A DNA stretch of 64,000 nucleotides, taken from Eledone cirrhosa. Taxonomy: Eukaryota. Below the pieces are notes generated by a model. The model was not told where the DNA came from and did not search any database. It saw only the letters and a list, made by a program, of their open reading frames with translations. The stretch lies in NCBI GenBank assembly GCA_964016885.1, contig OZ024745.1, positions 77,624,001-77,688,000 on the forward strand, written 5' to 3'. Made by a program: the position numbers and the translations under genes. This document shows, piece by piece, positions 1 to 14,867 of the stretch; position 1 is the stretch's first letter; every line of letters starts with the position of its first letter.

Positions 1-430
1 GAAAAGAGTTTATACTTAATTACACTTTCGTTTCAGTACAACGGAACAAAATTTGTTTCAGAAAAGTGACAAAAATACACCTGATATTGATATAATTTAC
101 CAATTATGTGAGGTTTGGTTTCTTAACTACCATTTGTTAGTTATTGCTGTTTCTATTTCCGTCTATGAAGTTTGCTTGATTCCATACCTTCTAGAGTTTT
201 CTAACATTTCAACCAAAATAGAAAATATTTACCAGTATGTTTTTCATAAATAATATTGTTATGGTCTTGGGAAAAAGCGCAAGGAGACTTGTTTGGCTCG
301 GAACCAAGGTAAAGCAGTTAAAATGATGAAATTAAACATGATGTAAATCAGTACAATGATACTAATGGCAGCAACGCTGATAGTTGATAGCGACTGACGT
401 TAAAAGTGTCAATCAGTATACAATATCCTT

Positions 431-606
431 CTGCTCCTCCTCCTCCTCATCATCATCATCATCATCACAACCCACCACGACCTTCTTCTTCTTCTTCTTC
501 TTCTTCTTCTTCTTCTTCTTCTTCTTCTTCTTCTTCTTCTTCTTCTTCTTCTTCTTCTTCTTCTTCTTCTTCTTCTTCTTCTTCTTCTTCTTCTTCTTCT
601 TCTTCT
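431..606. repeat. Compound microsatellite (CTC)n-(CAT)n followed by a long (TTC)n tract
   Basis: Directly visible; TTC tract at 482-606. It explains the poly-S/F/K/R ORFs. Confidence 0.97.
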
Positions 607-1016
607 CACCTGTCTCCACTTTACAATTTTACTTTCAACATTTTGTTTAATCTTCTTGCTTTGCGTCCCATTCTCTTTGGCTACTCCAGTTCCTTTTTTT
701 GCCTTATCTACTTCTCTTAATTCCCATTCCAGATCCCCAAGTGACTACACCCTATTTATCTCGCATCGCCAACAACCTCCACAGTAGCTATTTACCAGGG
801 ATCTTTAGTAGTTTGTGTATCGGTAACGAGAAACTCAGAGTAGTGACTCAGCGTTGTATAAATATATTCTACTCTACTTAAAGATATTAAATATATTTTC
901 ACTGCATTGTAAGTCACATCAAAATAAAGCAACACACAAGCATATACATACATACATACATAGATGCATACATAGATACATACATAGATACATAGATACA
1001 TACATACATACATACA

Positions 1017-1283
1017 TACACCTTTAGCTTCATACCCATCATTATTGGAGCTACGGGTTATATACCAACCCGCTTGGACCAAAGTATGACTGAACTTGGA
1101 TTTGCGAACAAAGAGCGAAGATCCCTATTTCATAGTCTACAAATGGCTGCGATAGCTGGCACCTTCAAAATTTGCAAAATATTCTTGTGATTCAAGGGAT
1201 GACAATTTCTTTTCTTTTACAACCTTGCTACCAGGAAGGTGGCCGGTCAAAAAAATATACTCGAAATTAAGAGAAAGAGATAA
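1017..1283 (+). mobile_element. Heavily 5'-truncated copy of an R4/Dong-like RLE non-LTR retrotransposon in a (TACA)n tract
   Basis: Near-identical to 2161-2427 (PIIIGATG...FKG* plus the same 3' UTR ending GAGAAAGAGATAA); (TACA)n on both sides. Confidence 0.85.
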
Positions 1284-1360
1284 CATACATACATACATAC
1301 ATACATACATACATACATACATACATACATACATACATACATACATACATACATACATAC

Positions 1361-2427
1361 ATGTGGATAGGCTATACTTCTCACGCAAGGAAGGTGGCCG
1401 GGGTCTAAAATCCATATTAACATCATACGAGACCCGGATAGTAACACTGAAGCAACATCTTCAACAGAGGAAAAAGGTTGGCAACCATCTTGCCCAGGTT
1501 TATGAGCACGAAAAAAAAATCATTAGAATAGCCACTGATCTGGAGGAGAGATATGGAATAAAGCCTGATATAAATCTCTCACCCAGAGAAATCGGAAGAT
1601 CCTATTCAATGTTCAAACAAGATGAAAAAAAAATTGACCAATTTACAGAAAAAGTTGTGCATGGATACTTGAGACGTAAAACACAGACCATAGAGGGGAT
1701 AAACCACTCAAAAAGCCTGGCATGGAGTTCCGACAAGTTTATGACATCACACCTTGAGAGATATCTCTATGCAATACAGGAACAAGAACTCCCTACCAAA
1801 TATCTGCTGCACAAATAAATGTAGGTTATGTAAAACAAAGATCGAGGATGTAAGCCACATTGATGCCAGCTGCGAAAGAATGTTATCTCGCTACTACCTC
1901 CCCATGAGACACGATGGGATAGCTAGAACCATCTGGAACGCACTTCGGAAAACAAAATTAACAACAAACGAGAAAGAATATATTGAGACAGATGGCACTA
2001 AGGAATACTGGTGGAACTGCCACCAAATTAAAGCACAACCGGCCTGATATTGTTGTTTGGGACCATCAGCTGCCCACTTGATGTAAACGTTGTCAGAAAA
2101 ATACAGAAGGAGGACATCTACGGACCATTGCTGAGGAGTTTACAAATCCAGTATCCAAGATACACCTTTTGCTTCATACCCATCATTATTGGAGCTACGG
2201 GTTATATACCAACCCGCTTGGACCAAAGTATGACTGAACTTGGATTTGCGTACAAAGAGCGCAGCTCCCTAATTCATAGTCTACAAATGGCTGCGATAGC
2301 TGCCACCTTCAAAATATGCAAAAGATTTTTGCGATTCAAGGGATGACAATTTCTTTTCCTTTACAACCTTGCTACCAGGAAGGTGGCCGGTCAAAAAAAT
2401 ATACTCGAAATTAAGAGAAAGAGATAA
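1361..2427 (+). mobile_element. 5'-truncated, frameshifted R4/Dong-like non-LTR retrotransposon (end of RT, CCHC knuckle, restriction-like endonuclease, 3' UTR)
   Basis: DRLYFSRKEGGRGL (post-RT motif), CRLC..E..SHI..SC and RHD, RPDI, ISCP.D, K..Y..L, PIIIGATG across ORFs 1225-1818, 1754-2047 and 2050-2346; stop at 2346; flanked by (TACA)n. Confidence 0.85.
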
Positions 2428-2519
2428 CATACATACATACATACATACATACATACATGATGGCTGACCCCTCGTTAAAAAAAAAATAACAACAATAACA
2501 ACATACATACATACATACA

Positions 2520-2608
2520 TGGAGGGCACTTCGTCGGTTACAAGCGTTCCAGTTGATCCGATCAAGGAACAGCCTACTCATGAAATTAACGTGCAAGTGG
2601 CTGAGCAT
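2520..2608 (+). mobile_element. Fragment of an abundant SINE-like repeat (GTTCCAGTTGATCCGATCAAGGAACAGCC...GAAATTAACGTGCAAGTGGCTGAGCA)
   Basis: Related pieces at ~16575-16720, ~18630-18830 and ~63350-63730. Confidence 0.55.
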
Positions 2609-2737
2609 TTTCTGTTTTTCGTTTTCGGTGCACCCGGCCGATTAACCCACTCGATATGCAAATTGGGCTACTCAGCCGTAAATATGCATAAGGAAAGTAT
2701 ATACTTTCAGACGTTCAACAATCTGGCAGGAAGGTAT

Positions 2738-2780
2738 ACGTTGCTGACGATAGCTAATAAGCTTGAAACTAGTACAGCGT
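2738..2780 (+). ncRNA. Type I hammerhead ribozyme, intact core
   Basis: ACGTTG-CTGACGA-T AGCT AATA AGCT T-GAAA-CTAG-TA-CAGCGT: stem I, core, stem II, palindromic stem III ACTAGT, GUA cleavage triplet. Confidence 0.85.
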
Positions 2781-2896
2781 TCCTTTGTCAGTGTTGAACA
2801 AGCGAGCAACGATGGTTGCTGGACACTACGGCTTAATACGGGATGTTTGTTTACAAACACACCGAGCATTGTAATGGATGTTTGGTGAATCCATAC

Positions 2897-4014
<1,118 letters not shown>

Positions 4015-4571
4015 CGTAAAATAAGAAAATTATAAAATTAACTTACTTACTAAAATTTCACTCTAACTAATTAGTTTCTGAAAGGGAATAAACATAGTTT
4101 CCAAAGAAACGTACAGAGAAGCCTTTCGTCATCAGGGAAGTCTATTCTCAGCTAAGTTTCCAGGCAATGCGTGGACACAGGGAACTTATACAAAAATAAT
4201 TCAGTGGATGGAAAAAAGCAAAGCGTGGACTAAATTCCAAGCCATTGAAAAAATCACTGCCTACTGCGTCGGTGGCAAATTCAAAAGAATCAGTCACGTG
4301 ACATCGAGGTCAATCAGTGAAGAGTGGTTTGTTAAGAAGACAGCAGCCGGACTTTAGTAGCAGTTTTGGCCAATTTTTGCTCGACAAAATAATTTGGAGA
4401 TAATTATAAAGAATTAATATATCTAGTAACATATATATACACAGGTGCATATATATATATATATACACAGGTGCATATATATATATATATATACACAGAT
4501 GCATATATATATATATATATACACAGATGCATATATATATATATATACAGTATATATATATATGTATATAT

Positions 4572-4955
<384 letters not shown>

Positions 4956-7249
4956 GGGGAGATTATGATCTCATTGTTTAACTTGCAAAAACAGAACATT
5001 AAAAATATGAGATAATTTCAAATGTAATTATATTTAGACTTTCCATTGTTTGTATTGACAAAAAAACAACAAAACAAAACAAAAAAAATAACAACAAACA
5101 ACACTTAACACCATGTCTACTTCTAAGCTGTATTCAAATGCAAATTATTGCATTTTATGACATGTAATTTCATTTACATATGATAGCTAAAACTGTCTGT
5201 TAAACAAAATCAGCAGACACCTCAATCCTTATCTTCCAAGATAAATTGCACTAGCTTAGTTAAATTTACAAAATTGAATATAACAAATAAATTTTAAAGC
5301 TATTGTGAAACAAATTGTTACCTTATCTTGTAAGTAATTATGGAGGAGTGGTTGATAGAAATGTTAGATCTTATTCTCTTTCTTCAGGGTTGATAAAATA
5401 AATAGTGGCAATATACTGACAAAAAATTAAATACATTTTTCCTATAAACGAGATCTATGTCATCTGCAATATTACGAGGAGAAATCTGAAAACTTTTAAA
5501 GAAATTCTTGCCAAGTCTGATTAACATACAACACACAAGAATCATGCCCATCAGACTCTGCTTGGTTTGAACTGAAAACACTCCTCCGATATTCTTACAT
5601 TCTTGAAGAAATACAATGTCTATGAAATTAATTGCACATGTAAGTAAAATTACATTGCATACCCCAAACGACAGCTACATCACATATTGTTAGAACTTTG
5701 CCATAAAGCGATACCACCTAGCATAATGTTCCAACATAAAGAAGTGTGTAGAGGAAGTCTATCTACCTATCCACTTATGTTCTTGACTGTCTATCCATGT
5801 GTCTATCTACGTATATCTGTTTAAGTTTTGATACAATTCAACACACACCTAAATGTACAAGAATATGTATATCATTTACACACATAAACATATACACACG
5901 CATATACATACACACACATACACATATTATACACACGCATATACATACACACACATACACATATTATACACACGCACACACATATACCCATATACGCAGT
6001 GGTTTTCATAAAAAATATATACAAGCGTGTCCAATTTGTAAACTGCTTTAATGACGACAGTTTTTAGTTAATTAAGAAAATAAATTAATTGATGTTTGTT
6101 CATATGGTATTCAATAGACGAAAGTGAATATTAGTTTCAGTGATACAAACAGGATGTGGAAGTCAGACCTTAATACTCAAATGTCTTATTAGACGTTAAG
6201 GATGATCTTATCGAGTAAACTGTAATATTCTATGCACTTAAAACTGCAACTAATTCAATCAGATTAACAACTAATTTATTGTTGTGTGGTTAACCATTGA
6301 CATTTACTTTGCACTCTGTATACCAGAGCATATTATGTAATAAGTAAAATTGTATATAAATAGATAGTACCGTAATCTCGGTTAGATTCCATTTTCCTTG
6401 ACATAGAATATGTTCTCCTGTTCAGGGATGATAAATGTACCAAGCAAACTTCAATAGTTAAAAACAATAAACTATAATAGATTAGTTGTTTATAAAACTG
6501 AATCATCGCACTTTTTAAATGTATAAACGATTCTTAGACATCAGCTGACCCGATAAAATCGCCATCCCTTGACGTCCAATGAGAAATATTCATGTAAATA
6601 TGAAAAGATCCGGTTTGCGTCACTGAATGGGATGATTTTTACTCCAGTTTTATGATGATTCCAATTAAAAATATATATTTTAATGATTTAAAGAAGTTAT
6701 TATTTGAATACGTTAGGACAGAGAAAATAGTTTTATTCAGAAAATATTTTAATGTATTTATTACTTAATTACGAAAGCAGGAGGAATTCTATAAAGGAAA
6801 ATGAATTGACTCTGTTCTTTGTATTTCATCAGCAAAATTGTGGCATGTGAAGTTTGAGTTCTGTCAGCAATTGAATTTCTATTGCCACACCTTCACACGC
6901 CTACAATATTCCAATACATGATTTTATTACCTAAGCACATAATATAAATTTTAAGAGTATTTTGAATAAAATCGCAGTAGATTCATGTCTTTTTCCAATT
7001 GAATTAGGGGTATAAATGAACTGAAATAGCTACAAAGGAAATGAGAAATCAGCTCAATGGATTAGATCCCAAGGAGTTTTACGTTTTACTCCACCGTACT
7101 AGTCGAAAATATTTCAACATTTTGTAACATGAAAAGTGTTGCGAATTGATAGAATCTACAAACCTCCAACTCAAGGGCTTTACACTATTTATTTTCATCC
7201 TTCTGCATTGCTCAGTTGAAATAATGTTTGGAGTGATTATAATTTTCAT

Positions 7250-8100
7250 CTAGTTGGTCCAATAAAATATCTGGCGTATTTTCCATTCACTGCCATTGTG
7301 AAAAGATCAAGCTTCTTTTCCTGTCTTATCAATAACTCAAATATCAATATAGTATTCGACGAAAGAATTATTAAAAGAAAGTTTAAAATGATTGAAATTT
7401 CCTTGGCTAAAGTGTTTTCAAATGACTTAAATACAGTCAAGATCTAACGCCATTACTATCCAGACTTGGATATACAGATCATTACACACTGCAGATAAAC
7501 CCTTCTCTTCAGTAATTCTCTTCAGCCTGGATACAAAATGTCAACTACCTCAGAACTATTTGATGTCTCAATGGGATCATTCGATAGTGCTGATGCATGC
7601 GATTTGGTTAGATTATGCATATTAGATACATTGCGAATCAGATTCCTGGACTTCCACATTACGACGACGGTCTAACCCTATCTAACTCATGTCACCGGCC
7701 TACGGTCCTCAAAAACTTCATCAAAAATATAAGTACTAGGTTTCTAATCTTTCTATTAACAAGGCCATCTTTGACAGAGCGGTACCTTACTACAACACTG
7801 CATTAGCCAACAACGACTTCTCTGATATTATTCCCCGCCCTAATCTCACTACCAGTAGAAAAAGAAGTAGAAATAAAAAAATAATTCGGTTATGTCGACC
7901 CTCTCGCTCAGTGTTAGAACTAATGTAGCTAGGACATGTTTAGCATTCCTAGACAAACACTTCACCAAAGGAAATAAATACAGACCTATCTTCAATAGAC
8001 ACTGGGTTAAACTCAATTATTCCTGTGCTAAAAATATGGAAGCCCACATTATCACTAACCCAAGAGCTTACCCCCACCCAGAAGCATGCCCCTTTCAACA
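7250..8100 (+). pseudogene. Degraded Penelope-like reverse transcriptase relic
   Basis: FDVSMGSFDSADACDLV (~7560), YDDGL (~7660), KHFTKGNKYRPIFNRHWVKLNYSC (ORF 7892-8200), all aligning by eye to the intact ORF at 34898-37360. Confidence 0.8.
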
Positions 8101-8123
8101 ATTATATATATATATAGAGAGAG

Positions 8124-8307
8124 AGATGAGATTCTACAGGACTAGAACTGTTTCATTCTTTAGAAATCATCAGGAATCTCTGATGATTTCTAAAGAATGA
8201 AACAGTTCTAGTCCTGTAGAATCTCATCTATATTAAAACTTTTATATTCTGCTATTGAGTACCTTACTTACTGTGGTTACCTCCGATTCAACCCGGAATA
8301 ACTTACC
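8124..8307. mobile_element. Fold-back mini-element with back-to-back hammerheads (palindrome 8124-8229, tail to 8307)
   Basis: Minus arm reads GATTC-CTGATGA-TTTCTAAAGAAT-GAAACAG-TTCTAGTC-CTGTA-GAATC; same family at 45096-45215 and 45836-45891. Confidence 0.8.
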
Positions 8308-8324
8308 TATATATATATATATAT

Positions 8325-8596
8325 CCAGGAGATTCCAACCAGAATGGTTGCATTTTTTCAGGGTATGTCAATATTTATTTATAAAACTAACCTATATTAT
8401 ATTTTATCTGATGAAAGCGCACCATAGTTTGCCTTGGTGGCCCTTGAAATATGTATAATGAAATAAATATGGTTTTATAAATATAGTTTCCATTTGTTAA
8501 TATATTGTATATTTACTCCAATAATTTGTTGAGTGCTTTATATCAGTTATAAAAATATTTTGCTTTTGTATCCCAACAAATTAAATATAACCTCTA

Positions 8597-8598
<2 letters not shown>
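8325..8598 (+). mobile_element. PLE-type terminal fragment with a hammerhead (core CTGATGA at 8408)
   Basis: TATTTTAT-CTGATGA-AAG(C)GCACCA..TGGTG(G)CCCTT-GAAA-TATGTA-TA-ATGAAATA; same family as 32681-33075 and 60053-60310. Confidence 0.75.
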
Positions 8599-8666
<68 letters not shown>

Positions 8667-9533
8667 CGAGATGTGACAGAAAAGTTTCAGGACTGATATC
8701 ACAAAAGATTTATTTCAAACCCAAACTTCACACTAAGAGTTTTCTCCTTCAAAGTAATCCCCCTGGAGTATGTAACTGTAATCTTAGTTCTCTGCAGCGA
8801 TCAAACCTTTTTCTTCATAATTTTATATATATGTCCTCTGTTCCAGGTCGTCAAGCAATGAGCACAGAGCAACGAACAAACTTGAAGTTTCTGGTACGGT
8901 TGGGGAAAACTCCGTCAGAAGCACTGGGATTGCTGCAGCAAGTGTATGGAGATGAGACGATGTCATGCTCACGTGTTTTTGAGTGGTGCAAGATGACCCC
9001 CGGAGCGGAAGGCCCTCAACAATCAGGACTGAGGTCAACATTGAGCACGTCAGGCAGATGGTGCGCAGCGATCGTCGGCTGACTGTTCGACTGATGGCAA
9101 ATGAGCTGGGCATGAATCGGGATAGCGTCTGGAAGATTCTCACTGAAGATTTGGACATGCGGAAAGTCTGCGCGAAGATGGTGCCAAAACTGCTGAACGA
9201 TGACCAGAAGGGTCGACGCATGCAAGTGTGCCAGGACATCCTCGAGCGTCTTGAAACTGAACCAGACTTGCTAGGGACACTCATCACCGGTGGTGAGTCA
9301 TGGATCTTCGAGTACGACCCGGAGGGGACGACATCAAAAAGGCCTTGACGACGGAATTGCGGAGGATCCCGGAAGAATCCTTCCAGGAGTGCATGCAAGC
9401 GTGGCAGAAAAGGATGGAAAAGTGCATTAGCCTTCAGGAGGATTACTTTGAAGGAGAAAACTCTTAGTGTGAAGTTTGGGTTTGAAATAAATCTTTTGTG
9501 ACATCAGTCCTGGAACTTTTCTGACACACCTCG
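8667..9533 (+). mobile_element. Internally deleted mariner (Tc1/mariner) transposon with ~97-bp TIRs and TA flanks
   Basis: CGAGATGTGACAGAAAAGTT... / ...AACTTTTCTGACACACCTCG with TA on each side. Confidence 0.92.
8858..9467 (+). pseudogene. Mariner transposase pseudogene (frameshift ~8985, catalytic domain largely deleted after YDPE)
   Basis: MSTEQRTNLKFLVRLGKT; DDPRSGRPST; RKVCAKMVPKLL (WVP-like); ITGGESWIFEYDPE; C-terminus FQECMQAWQKRMEKCISLQEDYFEGENS*. Confidence 0.9.
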
Positions 9534-11504
9534 TATATATATAAAATATTAGAGAGAGTCGGGGCCCGATGGCTGAGCTCTTGCCGTTTCTACAGCTACT
9601 TCCAGACGAAGAACATTCCCATACCCTATACATTTTATCTTGACAATTTCTTACCATTGTATTACTGCTCCTAATGAAAGTTATTACATTTTATATTAGT
9701 AGAGCTGACTTTAGGTTCTATTAGTGGCTATTTTTAGCACTCTGGCTGACCTGTGCACTTCTCAGACAATATGATTAATAATGTTACATATTAATCAATA
9801 TTTTAATATATGTACTTCTGCTCCTAACATTAAATTTAGTAGAACTAATTTATTTTAAACCAAACAAGCTGCTACTTCTAGTAGTCCCATTGGCCTGTCT
9901 TTATCCTTATATTATATATAGAGGAGACAGCGAGTGAGAGAGTGAAAGCGGGAGAGAGAGAGAGTTATTATACGCAGTATGTATTATATGTTTCTATGTC
10001 AAATTGTAATACATCCTTAATGAACTCTGATACAAAAAAAACATTGTTGACAGCAATTCTCAGTCTCTCATGCTTTACTTTGTTTTGTTTTTGTATTTGT
10101 GAATATCAAATTTCAGTTCTTACCACACCCCGATGTCTGCGGCGATTGTCTTGTGAAAAGCCCGCCCAGCTGAGATCCGTTCGCAAATTGAAACGAAGTC
10201 AGTCGATCGAAACTGATATTTTGCCCAACGGCAAAATATCAAGTACATGTCTCAGGTTCTGCAGCTGTGCACTATCTCACAAATATTACAAAACGATGTT
10301 GTTTAGTTATGTTGTTTAGTTATGTCTATCCCCTTTTTTTGTCTGTCTTTGCCTTTCTCTGCTCTCTCTCTCATTTTTTGATCCCCCTCGTCGACCCTAT
10401 CTCCGTGTCTTTACGATTTACCCAGTCGTGTCAATAACATGTGAAATCATCGTCCGGAACAAAATAGAATACAAAAGAGAATGCATACTATTCTAAAAGT
10501 CATCTTACCAACATATTAATGAATATATAATTTGTAGATATGTTAACCACATCACTATAATATCATAATCGATCCCAATCACGGAGTCGCACACCCGCGT
10601 TTCGTTAATATATATGGTTGTTGGTTCCGTTACAACTTTGCACATTGGCTATTACGTTTTTCACCCGTATAATTCCTGATTTGTTTCAAGGAATTTAACT
10701 CACTTATCCTAAACACTGCATCTTTTTAAATGGATTACGAGACTAGTTTGATATTCGACATGCCAGAAACAACACCCAGATCTCTCTTAAATTACGCCAG
10801 ACCAAGAAAGGTTTTACACTATAATCTAGTCTTGGGTTCAGTCTACTTAAACATTACTGGATGGTAACGGTTAGATTGCCGTTGCCTTTTAGAATCGGCT
10901 CTTTGGAGATTACATGAGAATGGTCCTCGGAGATTGATTGGCAGAAGTGATAGAGTCACGGACAAAACACTTTCCGATATTTGTTCCGTCGAAATCAACT
11001 TTACTTTTCCTCCTTCCGGGGTTGATAAAGTAATGTACCAGTCAAATAATGGAGTTGATATAATTGACTCTTTCTCCCCGCTACCAAAATAAAAAAATTG
11101 TAGTTTTGTGTTTAAATTGGAAACTACTTTAAGACCCACGTCTTCAACAATTTCATGCAACTCTTTGCTACACCAACAACTATACATTCATATTCCTGAT
11201 AACTGCACAGCATTGTACTTTGGTAGTGAAGAATTGTGTCTGTCGAGTTGAATTGTTACAGCGTTGTACAAAATGACTTACGGTATCTAGTTGTAGTTGT
11301 TTACGTTTTAAGTTCAAATCCTGCAGAGGTCAATTCGCCTTTCATCCTTCCAAGTTTGATAAAAAAAAGTACCAATCAAATATTGGGATCTATTTAATAG
11401 GCTAATCAATCTTCTCAAAATGTTTCGTTTTGTACATATCTTAGAAATAATATAATACATCGCTAGGTTGTACATATACTAGCAATAATATAATATATCA
11501 CTAA

Positions 11505-11960
11505 AAGGCACAATCGTTGGAGCATCCGACAAAATGTTCCGTGGTATTTAGCTAAAGATTTGTGGTAAGGGTGTTGGACTTACGATCATAATGCCGTGGG
11601 TTCGATTCCTGGGCTGGGTTGCGCGCTGTGTTTTTGAGCAAAATACTTCATTTCACGTTGCTCCAGTATACTCAGCTGAAAATGAGTACCAGAAATAGCT
11701 GGGGGTTTAACCCTGCGATGGACTGGCGTCCTGTCCAGGAGGGAGTATTGTACTCTCAGTCGCTTCACGCCATGAAACTGGGATAAACACCGGCCTAACG
11801 AGCCTTCTGGCTTAAGACAGACTTTTATATGTTATGAGTTCAAACCGAGGAGCTCAATTTTGCTTTCCAGCTTTCGAGGGTCGATAAATAAAGTGCCAGC
11901 TAAGTACTGGAATCCGTTTAATTGATTTTCTCTTCTCCTAAAACCATTGGCTTTTATTTG
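11505..11960 (+). mobile_element. Old tRNA-SINE (major family) interrupted by a second tRNA-derived SINE at ~11561-11828
   Basis: Inner element: B box GGTTCGATTCC, CTGTGTTTTTGAGCAAAATACTTCATTTCAC core, AACCCTGCGATGGACTGGCGTCCTGTCCAGG 3' part. The outer halves match the major SINE consensus. Confidence 0.7.
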
Positions 11961-12261
11961 GACTGACACTAAGAGTTGCAGGTTTCTTCAGTTTCAATTT
12001 TCCTCAGCGTATCAGTAATTTCTATGAAATTTAGATATTCTCTTTGTATATTTACCTTTCTTATATGTGTCGATGGGGTATTTTATATTCCAGATTTAAT
12101 GTTTTGATCTTTGCAGTGTAGAATAATTTGGTTTAGTGTGATACCTTTCATTAGGCAATTGAAAGATTTTCTCATAATATATTTGAAGTAATGCACTTGA
12201 TACAAAGATGTTTACCTCGTAATGAACCCATTTGTAGTAGTAGTAGTAGTAGCAGCAGAAA

Positions 12262-12308
<47 letters not shown>

Positions 12309-14867
12309 ATAAACATGGAGAAAATCAAATTAGAGTTCTTATTGATTTATTTTAGAACAAGGCATAAGTACAGCGTAATTGATTAAATCAATCCCACCAG
12401 AACAATGATATTTAATCCAATTAATTTGTTTAATAGCTTAATGAAAAATATATTTTTTCCAATCACCAAATATGTCTATTTAATTAGTGTGTTAATTTCT
12501 TATGTTGTTTCAATGGTTGCTTTAAAATGAATACTATTTTATTAAAGTAAACCAGCTGTAATAAATAAACAGCTGTGTCCCTTGAGTCAAGATAATTGGG
12601 AGTGTTGTTCACAAGAGATCTATGATATCGAGGTAAATTGACAGACTCATTACGGCATAAAACAAAATGTCTTGTGGAACATATTCCGACTTCATGTGAT
12701 CCGAATTCAAATAACCATTGGCTCTAATTCTTTCGGGGTCAATAAAATAAAGTACCAGAAGAGGGCAGTGGCAAAAGGGGATTTTTAGATCATTGGACGA
12801 AATGCCTTGTGGTTTTTGTTTTGTCCCTTTGCGTTCTGAGCTCAAATACCATTGTAGCCTATTGATGTGGTTAAAAGTAATCCGCCACTCAGTTTAATAC
12901 CAGCACCTGGCACTTGGGTGCTCTTAGCAGATGTCACTCGGTCGCAAGTATTCTATATAAGACTCCGTTTTGAGGAACTTTCCTCCCTCCTCTTTCCTTC
13001 TACTACAATCGGAGACCCAAACATCGGATAATGCCCACTGCATTTCCCCCTTTGACTAAACAGTAAACAAAAAAGCGGTGCTGCTAATCATAACAACAGC
13101 ATATATCTGTTTATTATAATACGAGAACATTTAAGATAGTGAAATATGTAATGAATTTTTAGTAAGGCAACTGGACATCTCTTGTTATCCCACGTCTATA
13201 CACCAAGGCGTCTAGCTCAAGAGCCAACAATAGAGTCTTTATATGATCATGCCAACTACTAGAAATAGCGGCAAAATATTCTTCAAATCACACTTTATTG
13301 TTCTAAAGATAACATTAGATATACAAGAAGACTGGATGATCATAACTTAAACAACATTTATCATGTTTGCTCGGCCAAGCGATGAAACAAAAACAACACA
13401 AGCTCACCATCATGATTTCTGTCTGTCTTTCCTAGCGCATACAACAGTGAGGTTAACTGAACCTCCAAATTTTGCATCAATCTAAAACATATGTATCTCA
13501 TTCTCTCCTTTGCTCTGCAATAAAGCCTCCATCTTGTTGTCTAGATTTTAAAACAAAATTAGGTCACAGCGGTTGGATAATTTCTGTAGACACCATGACC
13601 ACTTTTGACTATTCAGAAATAATAATTGGTTACAAAAATAATCAATTAGTTTTCGTGCGCTTTTCATTAAGCGGGCTTTTCTTTTAGTTGGTTTTACTTG
13701 AAGGGGAGGGGAGGGGGCAGGTATTCTATGGAGCCTACCTTAGTTTATATATAAAGACGAAATTACTTCGTTACTTCTTTTTGCGGCCAGCCTTTATGGT
13801 GGTCGGTGAGACAACATGACAATTTCTACCTGTTCTGAGTATCTTCCTTTTTCGTTTTGTGTATATTTCTATTCACATGCATTTTCTCTTTTACTTTGAA
13901 ACCTACCTTGTTTTGACACCACAAAATACTGCTATTTCGAGCATTTACATTTTGATTATTAAGTCATTCCATGTTCAGATACCTTAAAGTATTTACAGAC
14001 AACTTTTGTTATATTCTCAATGCATTCACAGACCTGCCAACATACAAAAACCCAAACGGGAGTACCATGAATAAAAGTGCCCCAAAACGGGGAGAAATGA
14101 GGTAAAATGGGAATGAAAGCTATACTTATTTTCACAAGAGAAGACATCTCTCACCCACCCCAAAGTGGGTGGGAGATCTCCACGTCGGATGGAAAGAGTT
14201 GACATATCTGAATTCACATATTTGTTTGTGGTAAACTACCACATATTTCGCCGACTATATTTTTTGTTGTTATGTATTTCTTTTGCATGATATATGTTAT
14301 TGTAACATGCATACTTTCATTTACACATATTTCCTTCCAGATCTGAATTCTTTAGAATTCTTATAACATTAAACAGCAAAAATTCAAGTTGAACGTCAGC
14401 TGCATCACAAGTTAGGCGAAGACTTATAAGAGCTGCGGGTGCATTCCTTTGTTCTTCGTCTGATTAATGTATTTAAAATATTGTGAGAAAAAAAGAGAAT
14501 GACATACATCACTCGTCTAAATAGAAATTACAAAAGTAATGTTTTTGGCTTTCACAATCACAACATAATATCCTTGCATATGTTTATGCAACTAATCTGG
14601 GAGTAGATGTTAATTTCTAAGTCAATGTGGGATACTCTAATTGATCACTCGACTTGCTAGAAATATTTGCTAAATTTTTTACAAATGCCATCCCACCGTC
14701 TTAAATATGAAGGCAACATTGGATAAAAGCATAAACACTGCACTGTCCTATTCTCTCATTCTCTATAAGTAAGGAATTCAACATAACTGACACTGTATAC
14801 ATAATATTGCATTTCAAAATCTAAGCTATTGATGTGTTATTTATCATCGTAATATTTGGTGTTGGGA

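Noticed and set aside
384-720. Poly-F/S/R/K ORFs
   Set aside because: Translations of the (TTC)n microsatellite.
4105-4145. CTGATGA-C-GAAA on minus, resembling a stem-II-less hammerhead
   Set aside because: No stem I pairing around it.
12862-13025. Possible solo LTR (TG...CA with a TATATAA box)
   Set aside because: No TSD and no second copy in the window.
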